Positions 1 to 13,320 are shown, counted from the stretch's first letter. The stretch is 64,000 bases of DNA from Octopus bimaculoides (GCF_001194135.2 NC_068990.1:53065140-53129139), one strand, 5' to 3'. The notes: generated from the letters alone by a model not told the origin. Program-made: numbers and translations.

Positions 1-83
1 CAATACAATAAGTTTGATTGATTCAACTGGATATCAATCGATGTAGAATTATTGTCACCTGTTTCATTGTTGTTGTCATTATC

Positions 84-260
84 AGTAATAATAATAGTAA
101 TAATGATTTCTAATTTAGATGCAAGGCCAGCAGTTTATCAATCCTGGAGAGTGATGTAAGGCAAAGTTGATATTGGAGGGATTTGAACTCCAAATGTAAA
201 GAGTCAAGAAATATCACAAAGCATTTTGTTTGATGCTCTAATGATTTTGTCACTCAACCA
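84..260 (-). mobile_element. tRNA-derived SINE, family A ((ATT)n-tailed), internally deleted
   Basis: Reverse complement matches the repeated GAGTTCAAAT(T/C)CC..ACTTTGCCTT body seen in many copies at 21.8-26.6 kb. Confidence 0.6.
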
Positions 261-345
261 CTCTCACCAGTTTTTATAATGATTTCTGACATTAATACCA
301 GACCATGCAAGTTGTATGCACAAAAAAAAATATAAGCAGTAGAAA

Positions 346-1341
346 TATCATGTTGAGTAAAAAGTAAGAAACATTTTGCACCATGAAAAATTTGTACGAG
401 ATTTTTGCAGAGTTTTGAATTTTTTTCAACATTTTTGGCAATTGTCTGATAATACAGATATAGAGTTGCCTAAATGCATCAATAAATTAACATTGATATC
501 TTTTTCACTGTTGTTACAATCATCAGAAATGGAACTTTCAAAGTGCGATATTCGAGCAGTTATGCTATTCAACTTTAAAAAAGGATGTAAAGCAGCTTAA
601 ACTGCTCGTGATATCAGCAAAACATTTGGTGAGGAAATGACCAGTGCGTGGTCAGCTCAAAAATGGTTTAAACAATTTTGCAGTGGAGACCTGAGCCTTG
701 AAGATCGCGAGCATATTGGATACCTATTTGTCATTGATGACGGTCAATTAAAGACCGTCATTGAGAAAGATTCACGTAAAACCATTCGAGAACTAGGAAA
801 AGAGCTTCAAGTTAGCCAGAAAACTGCCTGCAACCATTTGCATTTGATTGGAAAATCAAAGAAGCTCAACAAATGGGTACCACACGATTTGAATGAAAAT
901 TAGAAAGTGCACAGATATGAAATTTGCTCATCACTTCTCCGTAACTAGACTGATCCACTTCTCGACTGTATTGTAACTTTCGATGAAAAGTGGATTCTGT
1001 ACAATAATGAAAAACGTTCTTCACAGTGGTTGGACCGAAAACCTTCCCCAAACCCGAGCTCTTCAAAAAGAAGGTTATGATGACTGTTTGGTGGTGTACT
1101 GCTGGATTCATCCCCTATAACTTAAAACCCAAACAAAAACATTACTGTAGAAACATATTACCATGAAATTGCCAAATAGGTGCAGAAGTGGGTGTGTGGT
1201 AAGTAGCTTGCTTACCAACCACATGGTTCCGGGTTCAGTCCCACTGCATGGCACCTTGTGCAAGTGTCTTCTACTATATCTTCGGGCCGACCAAAGCCTT
1301 GTGAGTGGATTTGGTAGACGGAAACTGAAAGAAGCCCATTG

Positions 1342-1391
<50 letters not shown>

Positions 1392-1970
1392 GGTGTTTGT
1401 CCCCCCAACATCGCTTGACAACCGATGCTGGTGTGTTTACGTCCCTGTAACTTAGTGGTTTGACAAAAAAGACTGGTAGAATAAGTACTAGGCTTACAGA
1501 GAATAAGTCCTGGGGTCGATTTGCTCGACTAAAGGTGGTGCTCCAGCATGGCCACAGTCAAATGACTGAAACAAGTAAAAGAGTAAAAGAGTAAAAAATG
1601 AATGCAAAACTGCTACTCCATCCCAGACTGGACAACAGAAGTTGAGGGAACTTAACTACGAAGTTCTTCCCTACCCAGCTTATTTCCCAGACCTTTCTCC
1701 TACCGACTACCACTTTTTCAAGCACCTTGATGGTTTCCTGCGAGAGAAAGAGTTAAAAAATCAAACGAATGCTGAAAGTGCATGCAAAGAGTGCATCAAC
1801 TCCAGAACTTCAGATTTTTATGTTACCAGAATAAACAAACTTGTAACTCATTGGCAAAAAATGTGTTGATTGTAACCGTACTTACTTTGATGAATAAAAT
1901 TACCACATTGAAATATATTATGATGAATTTCATGTTCCAAAATGTTACTTACTTTTTACTCTGCCTGATA
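346..1970 (+). mobile_element. Mariner DNA transposon, decayed transposase, interrupted by a SINE
   Basis: Roughly 40-bp TIRs (TATCATGTTGAGTAAAAAGTAAG.. and ..CTTACTTTTTACTCTGCCTGATA) with terminal TA. Peptides MELSKCDIRAVMLFNFKKG, WVPHDL (874-891), IVTFDEKW and YFPDLSPTDY (1681-1710). Contains stops and a deletion. Confidence 0.92.
1177..1596 (+). mobile_element. tRNA-derived SINE, family B (internal (TA)n(TG)n, (GAGTAAAA)n tail)
   Basis: A-box-like GGTGTGTGGTAAG and B-box-like GGTTCAGTCCC. Homologous copy at 23934-24330. Confidence 0.85.
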
Positions 1971-2010
1971 GTTATCTTGATGCAAATATGTCCATTGTGA
2001 CACAATGTTT

Positions 2011-2233
2011 TTAACCCTTTTGATCCCACCTGAGACTAGCCATGCTTCATAACACAAGTGATTTGCTTCAAAGTGATTTAAACTAAAGACCTCCCTAAAA
2101 ATTTCACTTCAGTTTATGTTCCAAAAACTAACTTAACAAATGACAGTTATGTTACTAAATTTTTCATTATTTTCAAAATTAATTGAAATAAAGGCAGTGT
2201 ATTTTAAAAGGAATATGGTATTTAAAGTGTTAA
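2011..2233. mobile_element. Possible piggyBac-type MITE
   Basis: TTAACCCTTT.. and ..AAAGTGTTAA ends with imperfect inverted termini. Confidence 0.35.
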
Positions 2234-2697
2234 GATATTGGTGCATCATGATTGTATTGGGAAATATATTCAAATTTTTGGTCTCATATTGTTTTATTGT
2301 TTTAAAACTTTATCATAGTGACGAACGAGTGAGGTTGAACCTAGCACCTATGTCAACAAAAACTTCACTTTGTGTTAATTTATTAAGTTTCTGGTTGATA
2401 TTGGATTAAATGTGTTACCTATTAACCATCAACCAATTGATTAGTTATTGGCTGTCACTTTGTGATGATAATTTGTCATGAATGTTTTGAACTGCCAACC
2501 TTTGTGATATTAAAACTCACTTCTTTTTGCATAAGAAAAACAACAAGCCAGCTGTTGTTGTGTTTCTACTTATTTTCCTAAACTGCCATGTTTAAGGTTG
2601 GTAGATAATATACAAAGGCATTTAGTCTTAACAAGTTTTACTTTGAATGGTTCTTTTAAAAAGTCACTTCACAGGATCACAATGTTGAGAGAAAAAG

Positions 2698-3592
2698 TAA
2701 GAGATGATATCAAAAGGTTTCTGGACTAGCTATGTTTAATAAAAAGTAACTTATTTACCCAAGTTTTAACACCTTCTCCAAAATAGTTACCTTGTGCAGC
2801 AATACACCAGTCACAGCATTCCTGTCACTTTTGGAATCTGACCTGGAAGTCATTTTCTGTAAGCAAGTCAAGTATCTTTTGTAATTTGCTCTGGATCCTG
2901 AAAACAGTGTTAAAACATCAACCTTTGTGCTGCATTTTCATCTTGACAAAGAGATGGAAGTTTGCAGGTGTGAAATCTGGTGGAGGTGATACCAAGTTGT
3001 TTTTGGTGAGAAACTCATGAGTGAGGATAGCTTGGTAACATTGTTGTCATGAAGAATTCGATTCTTTGTGCTACACAGTTCCAGTTGCTTTTGCTGAATG
3101 TCCTCCCTAAAATGCTTCAAAATATCACAGTAGAACTCTTGATTGATGGTCTGGTTGTTAAGGATGAATTCTTGATGCACAATACCACATTTCTAGGGGT
3201 GATGCTCATGGCAGGTCTTCCAGATTGCTTGTTGCCTTCTAGGGATGTTCTGCCACTTTTGAAGTGCCTGTGCCACTCGGAACCTTGCATATGACTCATT
3301 GCCTCATCACCATAAGCTTGCTGAAGCATGCTTAATGTCTCTGTAGCAGACTTTCAAGTTTAATGCAAAATTTCACATTGGTTCTTTGATCCTGTCCATG
3401 ATGAAATCGCAGACTACAGCAAACACATGATCACAAGAGCACCAATTGCATAACTTGCGAAGTAAACACAGCAATATCACTAGGCACGCTGCTTCGTGGT
3501 CATTGTTAGCTCTTTCTGCACATGCAATCATGAGTTGTCATCTATTTGCACACCACAGAACTAGTCTGGGGACTTTTTGATACCATCTCATA
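2698..3592 (-). mobile_element. Internally deleted mariner-like element
   Basis: Roughly 32-bp TIRs with TA ends. HTH-region peptide MLQQAYGDEAMSHMQGSEWHRHFKSGRTSLEG..SGRP fused to HQEF..QTINQEFYCDIL. Confidence 0.85.
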
Positions 3593-4628
3593 TTACCTTA
3601 GATCTGAAGGCTAGAAGCAAGAATAGAAAAGGGCGAAAGTACTTGATGACATTCTATCATTGTTGCATGGTGTGTATGTGTGTTGATGTACAAAAGCATC
3701 TGTACTTAGGGTATCAATTGTAGTGCTTGGATCAAATATTATACAGAAAAACCTTTGACGGTAAATGCTAGTTCAGTACTTTTTTATATTATGGTATTCA
3801 ATTTTCCATCAGAATTGACTTTTATCCCTTTTATCCTTCTCTGAAGAAATGCTATAAATATCAATGATATATTGCATCCAATAATAAGTTATGATGTCAC
3901 CCTTGTTTCCTTTACAAAGGTTTTGTGATTACAAAACAAAAAAAAACAAAAAAATGTCCATATCAAGAGTTTAAGCTGTGGTTTCATTTGAATGTTTTTT
4001 TTTCCTTTTATTTTTGTTTGGTAGATTGCATTTAATAAGAATTGTCTCTTTACAAATAACAATTCCAATAAGCTTGTCAGTTATAAAATTTGATGATTTT
4101 AAGGCTGACCTGATGGATAGGTTGGTGGGGTGCTGCCAAAGTATGGAAAAGCATTTTTATTGCTAATTGAGTAATCTTAGGAGGTTTTTCTTTTTTGTAT
4201 GTCGAAAGTGTTAAGACCTATTTCATGATAAGGAATTTGGAGATTTGTCTTGAAAATCTCACCTGCTTGTTTCTATCTCCAAGCCAACAAGGGAAATTTC
4301 TTCAAACTTTTTTCTCACAATAAGTGTTCAGTGAATTAGAAAAGACTGTCTGCTGAAGAATGATGTCAGAAAGACCATAGGTATTCTATCAATTGTCTAC
4401 GCTACTTTCTTTTAGAGGAGTTAAAAAAGGAGAAAAAGAAGTGAGCCATCGGCAGTAGGTGGTAAATTGTTAATTGCAAATTGTTAACAGAGCAAATTTC
4501 AGTGTTTATTTTGAGTGTACAAGGCTAATTTTGTCCTGCAAAAGTTTACAGCAGATTATATAGACCCCAATGCATTATCGACACATTTTTATTCCCTATG
4601 GTAAGATTGAAACCTCCTCTGTATAGCT

Positions 4629-4704
4629 ACCACAGGCATATGGCATAGTGGTTAAGAGTGCGGGCTATTAACCCCAAGATTCTGAGTTCTATTCCAGGCA
4701 GTGA

Positions 4705-4739
<35 letters not shown>

Positions 4740-4878
4740 TTGAAAAATATGTTAGGAATGAGAACTCAGGTTCAAAATTTCCCCAAGACACCTGATGAAG
4801 GCTGGAGGGTATATCAGCTGAAACGTGTTAACAACAAACAAGATGAGGACAAATATCCGTCAAATGTAAATAATGTAG
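4629..4878 (+). mobile_element. tRNA-headed SINE-like element with internal (AAT)n and a degenerate hammerhead
   Basis: Head TGGCATAGTGGTTAAG..GAGTTCTATTCC. Homologous over its length to 48735-49012. CTGATGA at 4792-4798, GAAAC at 4820-4824. Confidence 0.85.
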
Positions 4879-5365
4879 ATTTCTTTTTATTCCTATTTTT
4901 CACTCTATTCTCCATATATTTGTATGGTTTGTCTTGGTTTTCTTTGCAGCTGTTTTCAATAAAATGAACATGTCCAACTTTATCTTATTGCTGAGAGTTA
5001 TTTGTAAATAATACTTAGTTTGGGTTTGATGTCTATAAATAATTCCTTTATCAAGAAATGAAAATATCTCTCTATGAGAAAAATCTTAATGTAAAACTCC
5101 TTTCAGATCTTTGTCTGGAATTGTTACTTTCCTTGTAATCCATTCTTCAGGTAATTCCATTTCTTCTCAATGTTCTGCCACAAGTTTTTGTCATTCAGCA
5201 GAGATTGTTCAGTAACTGAGATTTTTAGTTCTCCAGAGTTTTGCTCTTTGCTTTACTTTTGAGTTTACCCTAGTTTACTCCCCACCCCTCAGTTTTTATA
5301 TAACCTCATCTATTTAGCATTTTGTCTCTTTGCCATAAAAACTATTATCTAGTTTCATCTGTATA

Positions 5366-7954
5366 TCTATAAAAGGCAGGATGTGTGTGTGTGTGTGTAC
5401 GTGAATGTAATTTATGCATGTCCACAAATTAGCATGCATGTCATTCCAATTTTAGGAGGACATTCATCACAACCCTAGCTCAGTTATGTCAACTTATTTT
5501 TCCCGAGACTTCCTTGGATAGCGGTAAAAATTGATCTTCATCCATAACTTTTACCAATTTTCACATCGATGAAATCCATTGTTTGCAAACACGAGTTAAG
5601 TTCCCTGCAATGGCGACTATTATATAGAAAAACAACGATAAACTATTTCGTTTTTGGATTTGGTTTGCAAGATTCTTTATGTGAGTTCATGTGGTCTGAA
5701 AGAAATATATATATAGTTTTAATTATACAGAAAAACAAAGATGAACCGCTCTGTAAGAAATGTATATATATATATAGTATATTTATATATTTAATTTTTC
5801 TATATATTTCATTTTAAATGAAATTTTGAATGTTAGATAATTAATGTTTGTTTATTCAATTAGAAAGCAAAAACCTAATGATGATGTAATTAGCAACTAA
5901 CACATTTTGTTTCTTAATTTAATATTTAAATTCTTTATTTGACTGTTATTTTCAGCCACAACATACTTATTTATATCTGTTTATGAAATTCTCTGTACGT
6001 ACTTTTGCTTTCTTGGCAGTCAAAGCAAATCGATGACTTCGTGCTATAGTCGTTTTTCTTCCTATGTGATTTAAAGCATTTTTTGATATGTGGCATTTCA
6101 ACATTAGAAACGAGTTCCGAACAAGCTATTCAAGTTCGGTGAAACTTATCTCCTGCCACTCAAAACAACAACTCAAATGGGACAAAGAGTACACGCATCA
6201 CAACAACAACACCAAGTGTGTATTTGTATTTGTGTGTGTGTAGACTTACAATATATTCCTATTGTTAAGAAAATTCTACACAATCATTCAATAAAACTCA
6301 AATGGGATAAAGAGTACACAGTTTATCTGCCCAAACAGTGCAACGGGACCTGCTTGGTAGTCAAGTCCCTGATGCCCTACTTTATTGAGGCCACCATTGT
6401 TACGGGGTATGGGAGGGGGGAAAAGTTTTCATTTCAAGGATGCACTTTTATCCCTCGGTGTCAGACATGCTGTTTATCATCTGCAGATCACCATGTCCAT
6501 CAACAAATCTCACTTTCAGAGGCGGTCATCCATTTAGAGGAGCCATGCTTTTCACATGGGCAACTTTATGTGGCCTGCTCCTACGTGGGGAGTAGAAATG
6601 CTCTTTTTGTGTATTCTCCACAGGGCAGAACATGCAATGTTGTCAATAGCAAGGTTTTATAGACATAGAAAGAAGAACAAGTCATCACTGCAGCCTATGC
6701 GGTTATAAACAGGTGATCCGGAAGAATTAGCCGGACATATTCTCAAACCATGGCAACATGACTCATGTACTCTTCCTCTTCTTTATTGGACAATGCTGAC
6801 TTCTCTGACAACAATGCTCACTCGGCCAATAGTGCTTGGCCAAGTTGCTCATAGAGTTAGGCTAGAAGGGCCAGGCCCCTTATTTTTTTGTTAAGTGTTT
6901 CTAAGTTACTCCAATCCGGATCCGCAATGCAAACCTTCAAATCAACCTTCTCCAATGCAGATCTCTAATGCAACCTTATCCAATCCAAATCTTTGAGTCA
7001 ACCTTCTTCACTACAGATCTTCAATGAAAACCTTTGATGCATCCTTATCTAATGCAAACATTCGATGCAACCTTCTCTAATGAATATTTTCGATGCAGCC
7101 TTGACTGATAGTACACCTAGGAGGGGTTAAGACTAGATTGGGATTAGTTGCTGCCTTTTAGAGGCCCCCGGGCCCCCCTTTCGCTAGATTAGCTTAGGCT
7201 TAGGTTAAGGCTTAGTTGTGATCCGAACATAATCTCTTCTAACACAGAGGATTGGGAGCGCTTTTGAGCATTCTATTTTCTTTGCCGGAAGGGCTCCCAA
7301 CCCATTGTCCAAGGGAGGGTTAGATAATGGGGGTAGGGTTCAAAAGAGCCGGTATGTGCAACCTGATCACCTCTGCTGGTCAAACCCCCAACACAAGCAT
7401 TCCCGTCATGAGAATGAGTCTGCAGAACTGGGTTGGGTATGAAAACCAACTTTAAAGTATAAATATAGATGTTTTGAATCAGCAATGTTGTGTTTGGTTA
7501 AGTCCTATTTGGGGTGAAAAATCAATAAACTGATTCCTTATGGGGTTTTCCATTCAATCAGGATGAAAAATTGATAAACCAATTCCTTATAGGATTTCCC
7601 ACTAAAATTGGCCACACCCCATTTTCAACCATAACGTTTACCAGTTTTGTTCAAACTTGATGCCAGCATTACTTAGAACTCACGGGATCTTTGAATGCTT
7701 TAAATTCTCAAATAAAAAAAAACAAAAAAAAAGAACAACAAAAAAATCCACGAGTGGAAAAAAATCAATAAAACAATCCCTTATGGATTTCCCAAACAAA
7801 TTGTCTGCAACCTATTTTCAGTCAAATGTTTACCAATTTCAACAGATTTTGCCCAAATTTGACGTCGCTGTTACTTAGTTTGGTTTGAAGCAAAGCGCTT
7901 GATTAGCTTAATAATCCTAACTTAATCCCGGGCAGCGCCAGGCTATACTGCTAG
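5366..7954 (+). mobile_element. Non-autonomous Helitron with a Pif1-like helicase C-terminal remnant (about 6330-6662)
   Basis: 5' A|TC start followed by (TG)n. Peptides CNGTCLVVKSLMPYFIEATIVTG and FSHGQLYVACSYVG. 3' hairpin CCCGGGCAGCGCCAGG then CTAG|T. Confidence 0.8.
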
Positions 7955-8504
7955 TCCTTCTTATAAAGATTATGAAATCACTTTTTAATTTTTCTCTGTC
8001 TCCTTCCATTTTTTTTCAGTGGCAATTTTTTTTGCACCCTCTGCTCAGAAATTATAAATAATTGCCCTTTCCAATGTTCTTGCTTTGTCTTATAAACCTG
8101 CAAACGAGTGTGTCTATTCATCTATTTACTCACTTACACACACACACACACATGCACATTACTGTGTGATCAATTATCACAACAAATATCATAGTTGCTT
8201 CTCAGAAGTACTGCAGATTGTAGTAACAACAATTACTGCTACACTACAAGTAACAACAACAGATCTGTAGCCTTATTATTGCCAACAGTTTCTTTCTACA
8301 CTTTTAGTCTACTCGTATTATTTACACACGTCTTCACACACAGTAAATACTCCTAAAACACACACACACACACACACTGACATGTCAGAAGATCTACATT
8401 TAAGTTATTTTCTGTTTCTATATCCCCCCCACCCACCATATGCAAAACTCATTACTTTATCATTATTCAACCAATAAGCTCAATGAATTTACATAATCAT
8501 CATC

Positions 8505-8878
8505 ATCATCGTCATCATCGTCGTTTAACATCCGCTTTCCATGCTAGCATGAGTTGGACGATTTAACTGAGGACTGGTGGACCAGGAGGCTGCACCAGGC
8601 TCAATCTGATTTGGCAGAGTTTCTACAGCTGGATGCCCTTCCTAACGCCAACCACTCCGAGAGTGTAGTGGGTGCTTTTATGTACCACCGGCACGAAGGC
8701 GAGTCAGGCGTTACTGGCAACAGCCGCACTCGAAATAGTGTATTTTACGTGCCACCTGCACAGGAGCCAGTCCATTGGAACTGGCAACGATCTCGCTTGA
8801 ATATCTTTTCACGTGCCACTGGCACAAGTGCCAAGAAGGCGACTTTGGTAACGATCACGCTGGTGCTATTTATGTGCC
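8505..8878 (-). mobile_element. RTE-type LINE/SINE 3' tail with tandem hairpin units, ending at an assembly gap
   Basis: Reverse complement reads GGCGTTAGGAAGGGCATCCAGCTGTAGAAAC..GTTAAACGACGATGATGA, as in 59440-59605. Confidence 0.8.
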
Positions 8879-9064
8879 NNNNNNNNNNNNNNNNNNNNNN
8901 NNNNNNNNNNNNNNNNNNNNNNNNNNNNNNNNNNNNNNNNNNNNNNNNNNNNNNNNNNNNNNNNNNNNNNNNNNNNNNCTATCATAAATCAAACACAGAT
9001 TTGTATTTTTCATATATTTCTACCAAAATTCTTTATTTATTATCAATACTTTTAGTCTCTATAC

Positions 9065-9270
9065 ATATTATAAATCATCATCATTTAGCATCTTTTGTCC
9101 ATTCTGGCATGGGTTGAACAGTTTGATCAGAGCTGGAAAGCTGGAGATCTGCACCAGGCTACAGTCTGATTTGGTGTGATTTCTACAGTTGGATGCCCTT
9201 TCTAATGGCAACCATTTTACAGAGTGTTTTGGGTGTTTTTACGTGGCATGACGTGTGCTTTTATGTGGCA
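9065..9270 (-). mobile_element. Second RTE-type 3' tail copy
   Basis: Homologous to 8505-8700 (TTTCTACAGTTGGATGCCCTTTCTAATG). Confidence 0.7.
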
Positions 9271-9329
9271 CCATAGTACTTATAATAATAATTATTATTG
9301 GTATTCCCAGAGAAATATAACAGTGATAA

Positions 9330-9560
9330 CAATAATAGTAATAATCATAGTTTCTAATTTAGGCACAAAGCTAGCAATTTTGAGGGGAGGGGATTAGTCA
9401 ATACCATTGACCCCAGTATTTAACTGGTTCTTTATTTTACTGACCTTCAGGGGATGAAAGGCAAAGTTAGCCCTGGTGGGATTTGAACTTGGAATATGAA
9501 GAGCTAGAAGAAATCCCACAAGGCATATTTATGTGAAGTTTTAATAACTCTATCAATCAT
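9330..9560 (-). mobile_element. SINE family A
   Basis: GGATTTGAAC and GAAAGGCAAAGTT motifs on the reverse strand, with an (AAT)n-like tail. Confidence 0.7.
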
Positions 9561-9913
9561 TATGTTATTATCATGACTGGGAAGTATATAAATAGTGGAA
9601 TATTCCGAATGGAAGAGAGAAAACATTTCTATTTAGTTTTAGAAAATGATTTAGTTTTCTGGTTCTACAATCAGCTTTTTGGTATTGCTGATTTAATTTA
9701 TCTCTTCAAAATACAAAAATCTGAAAATGGAACCCTTTCATACTAAGAATTTTGAAGAGGAAGGATAAAAAAAAAAATGCTACATGAAGTAGAATGAAAT
9801 TTGAGTGGCTGCCTAGTAGATCTTTAGTCAGATAAAATATAGTATATAGTTTATTTTTAAATTTTGAAATCCCTACATTAGCAAAGAAAAGCGCCAGTTA
9901 CAAAGACAAATAG

Positions 9914-9954
<41 letters not shown>

Positions 9955-10337
9955 TTTAGCTGAATGGATGTTAGAAGTGTGTACTATGAAATTGTTGATG
10001 GATCAGGTAATGACTGATAGAAGTGTGTTTGTATTGTAATCATCATGAATGATGATTGATGGGTAAGATAAATTTGGTGAGATAAATTTGGTAAGATAAA
10101 TTTGGCATAATTAAATCAGGTGACATCAGTATGGTATATATTTTATTAACTTTAGAGAAATGAAATTAAGTGAACACTTTGCAGAACTGAAAACGTGGAG
10201 AACCAAAGCAAGATAGTAAAGCACTGCAACATTCCTATAACTCTGCTGAGATTTTGCAAGCAGTTCTTTATATGATAAAACCTGAAAGCCTTGAACTTGT
10301 GAGAAGTTGTTGATTTTATTTTGGCTAAGGTTGCAGT

Positions 10338-10368
<31 letters not shown>

Positions 10369-11944
10369 CCTATCATCTTTGGGTTCATGTTAAATACTCC
10401 ATTACTTCATTTAACAGAGTTCTTTGATTCTTTTATTGGGTCTCTCATTCAGCATATGTGGTGCCTGACTCTTCTCTCATATGCAATGATTAAAACTAGA
10501 AGGTTTTATCTCTGGTGTACACAGCAACACTTTTACATAGAGTGGAGTTTCAGAATTGAAAGGGAGCAAGTGCTAGAAGTGGAGTGGTGTGGAGTAATGT
10601 TTGAGTAGATTGTGTAACCAAGTAACAGAGTGGAGAGGTGACATGAAGAAAATTGGCATCAGCGTGGATCAAGTGTGAAGTAAGTCAAGTTGAGCAGATG
10701 TAAGCAATTTATTGAAGAGGTGTATGTGTGTGTGTGTGTGTGTGTGTTTTGTTTACTGTTACTTCTTCAATCTTCATTCTTCCCCAAGTAGTTGGAAGGA
10801 ATCCAGTTAAAGATAGGGAGATGATATTATAGAAGTGGGAGAGAATAGTGAGGTGATGCTGTCTCAAAGGGAATCTAGGCTTATGGTCTTCTTATGCTTT
10901 GTTTGTTATATTTCTTTCAATATTTTGTTTCTATTTTTATCATTTTTGCATTGTTTTTGTTCTCTCTATTTGTGTACTTTGTTTTGGGTTTTGAGGACTG
11001 GATTTAATTACAAGTTCTACTAACCTTTACCCAAAGGGTATCTTATATTGGGGGAGGGATGAAGTAGAAAGATTCTATAGCTATTTGTTTGTTTAAAGTG
11101 AGATGCACTTATTGTTTGTTTGTGTTATACACCTAATATTATTGTTTATTTGTTTATTATATATATCTAGAAATTTTTTGGGTGGTGGAAGAGAAACAAA
11201 GTTGAGGAGGAATACAAATAATGAGGGGTGAAAATAAAAATGGTATATGCAATGGTATATAGAACTGAAAATTGTAAACATTTTACCACCACTGCCAATT
11301 TTATCCCTAAAATAAAGATGTTTTAATGCATTTCCCGAATAAACCCAGTTTGTTGTGGTTTTGCTTTCAGTATCACTGTTTGGTCATCAGTATCTTTAGC
11401 AAAGTTTACTCTGTTGCATACTCTGGGACCATTCACCTGGTTCTCTCTCTGTCTATATTTTTACCACAGCCATCAGTCTGCAGATCTTCAAGCTAGACAT
11501 CAACCACACCAGTTTTACCAGTCTGGAAAGATCTTCTAGGTGTGATGGTCACTGTCTCTCATCCTCTGGCTGATTTATTATAAAACAAAAATTTGTTACC
11601 AATTTTTACCAATTATTTCTGACATGGGTAGAGGGCCTGAATAAAATAACAGAAGGATGCATTACAAAATGTAATACCTGATATACAACAAGATGGATTG
11701 CCATGACTAGAAGCCTTTCATTGTAATTCTGCTTAAAGATGAAGTAAAGTCCCTCATATCATATGCTCTGCCATCTTAAAAATAGGAGGGATACATTGGA
11801 CAATGGTACACTAAATGACAGGATGGTCACAGTTGTAATGCCTTTTATCTATAGATCTGTTTTATCAGTGTTATCTTATCAACAAGAACTAGAATATTCA
11901 TCATTATTATGTAATGTCCAATTTTCCGTGGTTGCACAGGTCAG

Positions 11945-12160
11945 ATGAAATTTACTGAGGCAGATTTTCAACAGCTGAATATGCTTCCTGTCACCAACCC
12001 TCACCTGTTTCCAAGGAAGGTAATGTTTCCCTATGGCCAAACTCAGTGCTGTAGTAGAAGATACTCGGCCAAGGTGCCATGCAATGAGACTGAACTTAAG
12101 ATCACATTATTAGGAAGGGAGTTTCTTAACCACACACTCATCCTTGCAACTATTATGTTG
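11945..12160 (-). mobile_element. SINE with family-B-like head and RTE-like tail, degenerate
   Basis: Similar to the reverse complement of 22620-22990. Confidence 0.55.
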
Positions 12161-12249
12161 GTTGTGTTTCTGTGTAGGTGAACATAGAACACCCACCCTA
12201 CAAAATGCTACCTTTAAGATAGTATATTAGTGTGTGTGTGTCTGTGTGA

Positions 12250-12287
<38 letters not shown>

Positions 12288-12982
12288 CAATGAATGGAGG
12301 CAGCTATGTAACCTTACAGATATAAGAATCCGATATTTTATGCAGAATTTGATAGATGTAAGTGATATTTTGAAATTTAATTATCTAGTCAAATACTGAC
12401 AATGATATGAGGATATTGTTACTGTAAACCCTATTTAAAAATGCATCTGTTTCATCCAAGTGACTTTGGTACTAATGGGAATTGAAAACTACTTTCAATA
12501 AAGAATGAATGGAACATCCAATAATCACTAGTCACCACAGGGTTCCTTTATTTGGTGTTTTCATTGAATTTCATCATTTAATTGAATTCCATCATTTAAC
12601 ATCATCAGTGTTAGTTAATTAACTTTGAAGGATAATGGTATTAAAAAGAACAAAAAAAATCCCCCAAAAAACAACATTAATTTACTGATATAGTTTAAAG
12701 GTAGGTCTCTGCATAATGGTTAGTTTATGAGGGAGAGCTTAATTGTAATAAGAGTAAATAACACTAATTTATGTGTTTGTGACATATTTCCAACTTCTGT
12801 TACAATTTAGTTTATATTATTTCTAAAAGTTATTGTTATTGAAAACAAATCAACTCACTGAGATATTTCCTACCACCTATTTCAGGTATAATAAACTGTT
12901 CTTATATCAGGGATTGCTGTTTATTTAATATTACTTGTGTTATGTATCTTGTTCTAGATGTTCATCATCATCCTCATCATCA

Positions 12983-13231
12983 AGGTAGCAAACTGGTAGA
13001 ATCATCAGCACACTGGGCAAAATGCTTTGTGGCATTTTGTTCATCCTTACATTCTGAGTTCAAATTCTACTGAGGTCCACTTTGCCTTTCATCCTCTTAG
13101 GATAGATAAAACAAGTACCAGTCAAACACTAGGGTTGATGTAACTGACTAGCTTCTCCCTCCAGATTTCAGGCCTTGTGCCTATAATAGAAAGTCATCTA
13201 TGCCCCTGTGGCTAATTATTATTATTATTAT
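12983..13231 (+). mobile_element. SINE family A
   Basis: AACTGGTAGAATCATCAGC head, GAGTTCAAATTC B box, (ATT)n tail. Confidence 0.75.
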
Positions 13232-13277
13232 TAGTCAAGACGAAGAGCGCGATTCGATTGAATAGATATTTTATTCA

Positions 13278-13320
13278 TTGAACAATATTTCGACAGGACG
13301 TCTGTCTTTGTCAAGTTCAA
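13278..13320 (-). ncRNA. Minimal type I hammerhead ribozyme, U3-A8 variant
   Basis: Reverse complement: TTGAAC TTGACAA A GACAG acgtc CTGTC GAAA T ATT GTTCAA. Confidence 0.7.

Noticed and set aside
376-1869. Domesticated SETMAR-like host gene
   Set aside because: No SET domain, multiple stops and intact TIRs indicate a dead transposon.
4348-4385. CTGAAGA..GAAA hammerhead-like motif
   Set aside because: Stem II loop is too small and there is no valid stem III or NUH site.
3600-4440. Candidate exons at about 3601, 4080 and 4415
   Set aside because: Weak donors, incompatible phases and no recognisable peptide.
4629-4700. tRNA gene (also at 48735 and other SINE heads)
   Set aside because: No complete acceptor stem, and it continues into a repeated body, so it is a SINE head.
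5117-5158. Minus-strand CTGAAGA..GAAA motif, and a plus-strand CTTCAG|GTAATT ratchet-like site
   Set aside because: No stem II or UH triplet. The splice motif is much weaker than the one at 31107 and plausible by chance.
7189-7215. TTAGGC/TTAGG telomere-like repeats
   Set aside because: Only 3-4 imperfect units.
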